In this document: in pieces, positions 55,752 to 56,854 of the stretch
Numbering within the stretch: the stretch's first letter is position 1
Layout: the number at the start of each line of letters is the position of its first letter
Source of the DNA: a virus
Taxonomy: Duplodnaviria > Caudoviricetes
Direction: 5' to 3' (one strand)
Virus record (IMG/VR): IMGVR_UViG_3300045284_000200
Span: 1-56,854 of that record
Length of the DNA stretch: 56,854 bases
Notes under the pieces: model-generated
The model's database searches: none
What the model was told of the DNA's origin: nothing
The model's input: only the letters and a program-made list of their open reading frames with translations
Program-made: the position numbers and the translations under genes

Positions 55752-56854
55752 TCACTGCCCTACATCCGGCACGAAATCAATCGCCGGCGCCGTCTTCGGA
55801 GCAGCAGTGCCCCTCTTGCGCCATGCCTTCAGGAACTCCTGATATGTCGCCTTCCGTTCCGCCAACGCCTTCTGATACTCCGCCCGTTGCTCCGCGTTGA
55901 GGCTGTTCTTGAATGCCGTCTCCAATTTGTGCGACTCGTGGAACAGCGGCTTGGTCCGCGAGTTGACCCCTTCTCCAACGAACGGACGCATCCGGTGAAG
56001 GATGTCCCTGTTCTTCTGGCCTTCGGCTTTCAAATCGGCAATGGCCGATATGGCTCCAGCCTCATCCCGCTTCGCGAGCGCATCGTCGAGCGCCTTGTAC
56101 TTGCTCACCGGGAACGTCGCCGTCTGCATCTGCTCGTAATCCGCCTTCACCTTCGGGTCTGGATTGTTCTCCATCCACGACTGATGCAAGACACCCATCT
56201 TGTTGATCGCCGTGAACGGTTTCACCGTTTTCAATCCAGCCGCTCCGCCAAGTGACATCCCGATTTCTTTGAGCCCGCTCGTTCCCTTTTCCTTGCTCTT
56301 GAGCAAAGCCTCGGCAGCGGGGTTCAACTGCTTCAGAGCCGCCACGATGTTCTTGCCGTAGTCCTTCGGATTCTCCGACTCCTTGTAGCCGGTCGGAGAG
56401 TAGCCGGTGTAGCCGACGGATGCCGCATTGACCGCCGGCCCTGCCCACGGATGGATCACTCCACCCATGACATCGCGGATCACGTTCTGCGTGATTCGTC
56501 CACGGGTTTCCCCGCGCTGCGCTCCCTCAACGATGGCCTGGATGCCTGAGATGCGAAGCCCTCGGCGATGCCCCGTCCACTGTGCCGGGTCAATGACGAT
56601 GTGCTTCCCTTGGTCATCCTTGCCGGTATCGATTTGACCCATCTTCGTGCCCGGGCGCCCGCCGGGGGTGCCGGTAAGCAGGTAGTTGGCAAGTGCCGGG
56701 ATGGCAAATACGGTGGCGATCGTACCAAAGGCTTCGATGGCCCGCATCTGGGCTGCTGCTGCTGGACTGATTGCCTTGATGCCGGGGTCCATCGTGATTC
56801 GGCGCATGGCCATCCGGTTGAAGTTGCGTCCGGCGACGACGAACGGTGAGAACC
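55752..56854 (-). CDS. Giant internal virion/ejection protein, 3' part
   Basis: The track's 353-aa ORF is the C-terminal continuation of the frame starting at 3668; ends ...APAIDFVPDVGQ. Confidence 0.8.
   Translation of the reverse strand, partial: FSPFVVAGRNFNRMAMRRITMDPGIKAISPAAAAQMRAIEAFGTIATVFAIPALANYLLTGTPGGRPGTKMGQIDTGKDDQGKHIVIDPAQWTGHRRGLRISGIQAIVEGAQRGETRGRITQNVIRDVMGGVIHPWAGPAVNAASVGYTGYSPTGYKESENPKDYGKNIVAALKQLNPAAEALLKSKEKGTSGLKEIGMSLGGAAGLKTVKPFTAINKMGVLHQSWMENNPDPKVKADYEQMQTATFPVSKYKALDDALAKRDEAGAISAIADLKAEGQKNRDILHRMRPFVGEGVNSRTKPLFHESHKLETAFKNSLNAEQRAEYQKALAERKATYQEFLKAWRKRGTAAPKTAPAIDFVPDVGQ
56728..56854. repeat. Terminal direct repeat, copy 2
   Basis: Exact copy of 1-127 (aaggcttcgatgg...ggtgagaacc). 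Confidence 0.95.

Noticed and set aside
55652-55900. 82-aa plus-strand ORF
   Set aside because: Coupled start is plausible, but 149 bp overlap the convergent giant gene and the tail is low-complexity; too weak to list

Overview
This window is very probably a complete, circularly assembled dsDNA tailed phage genome of about 56.7 kb; bases 1-127 are repeated exactly at 56728-56854. The gene set suggests a short-tailed (podovirus-like) virion, and protein motifs point to a Verrucomicrobiota host (inference). A long minus-strand late region (about 41.6 kb down to 1, wrapping to 55.75 kb) runs in this order: RusA-like resolvase; a ~10 kb cluster of six glycosyltransferase-like genes, two methyltransferases, a radical SAM enzyme and a PAPS-reductase-family protein; portal, scaffold and a Cys-rich major capsid protein; three genes sharing a Cys-rich 'CDP' N-terminal module; three signal-peptide, Thr-Asn-rich exported proteins; holin-like genes; an inverted terminase large subunit; tail nozzle, collagen and Ig fibres, adaptor; and ejection proteins. 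The last of these is a ~1547-aa protein that spans the assembly junction and is missed by the ORF track. The plus-strand early region carries small genes, an annealing protein plus exonuclease, a DnaA-box cluster and a truncated replication-initiator-like gene. Five free-standing homing-type endonucleases are present. I recognised no integrase, DNA polymerase, helicase, endolysin, tRNA or CRISPR array. The most notable observations are the glycosylation cluster with its candidate substrates, a set of promoter-linked multi-branch small RNAs (one with C4/CI-type antisense architecture), a small gene overprinted inside the giant ejection gene, the shared CDP module, and a six-copy TTAATTAA operator-like motif. 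All functional calls come from motif recognition by eye; no database searches were run.
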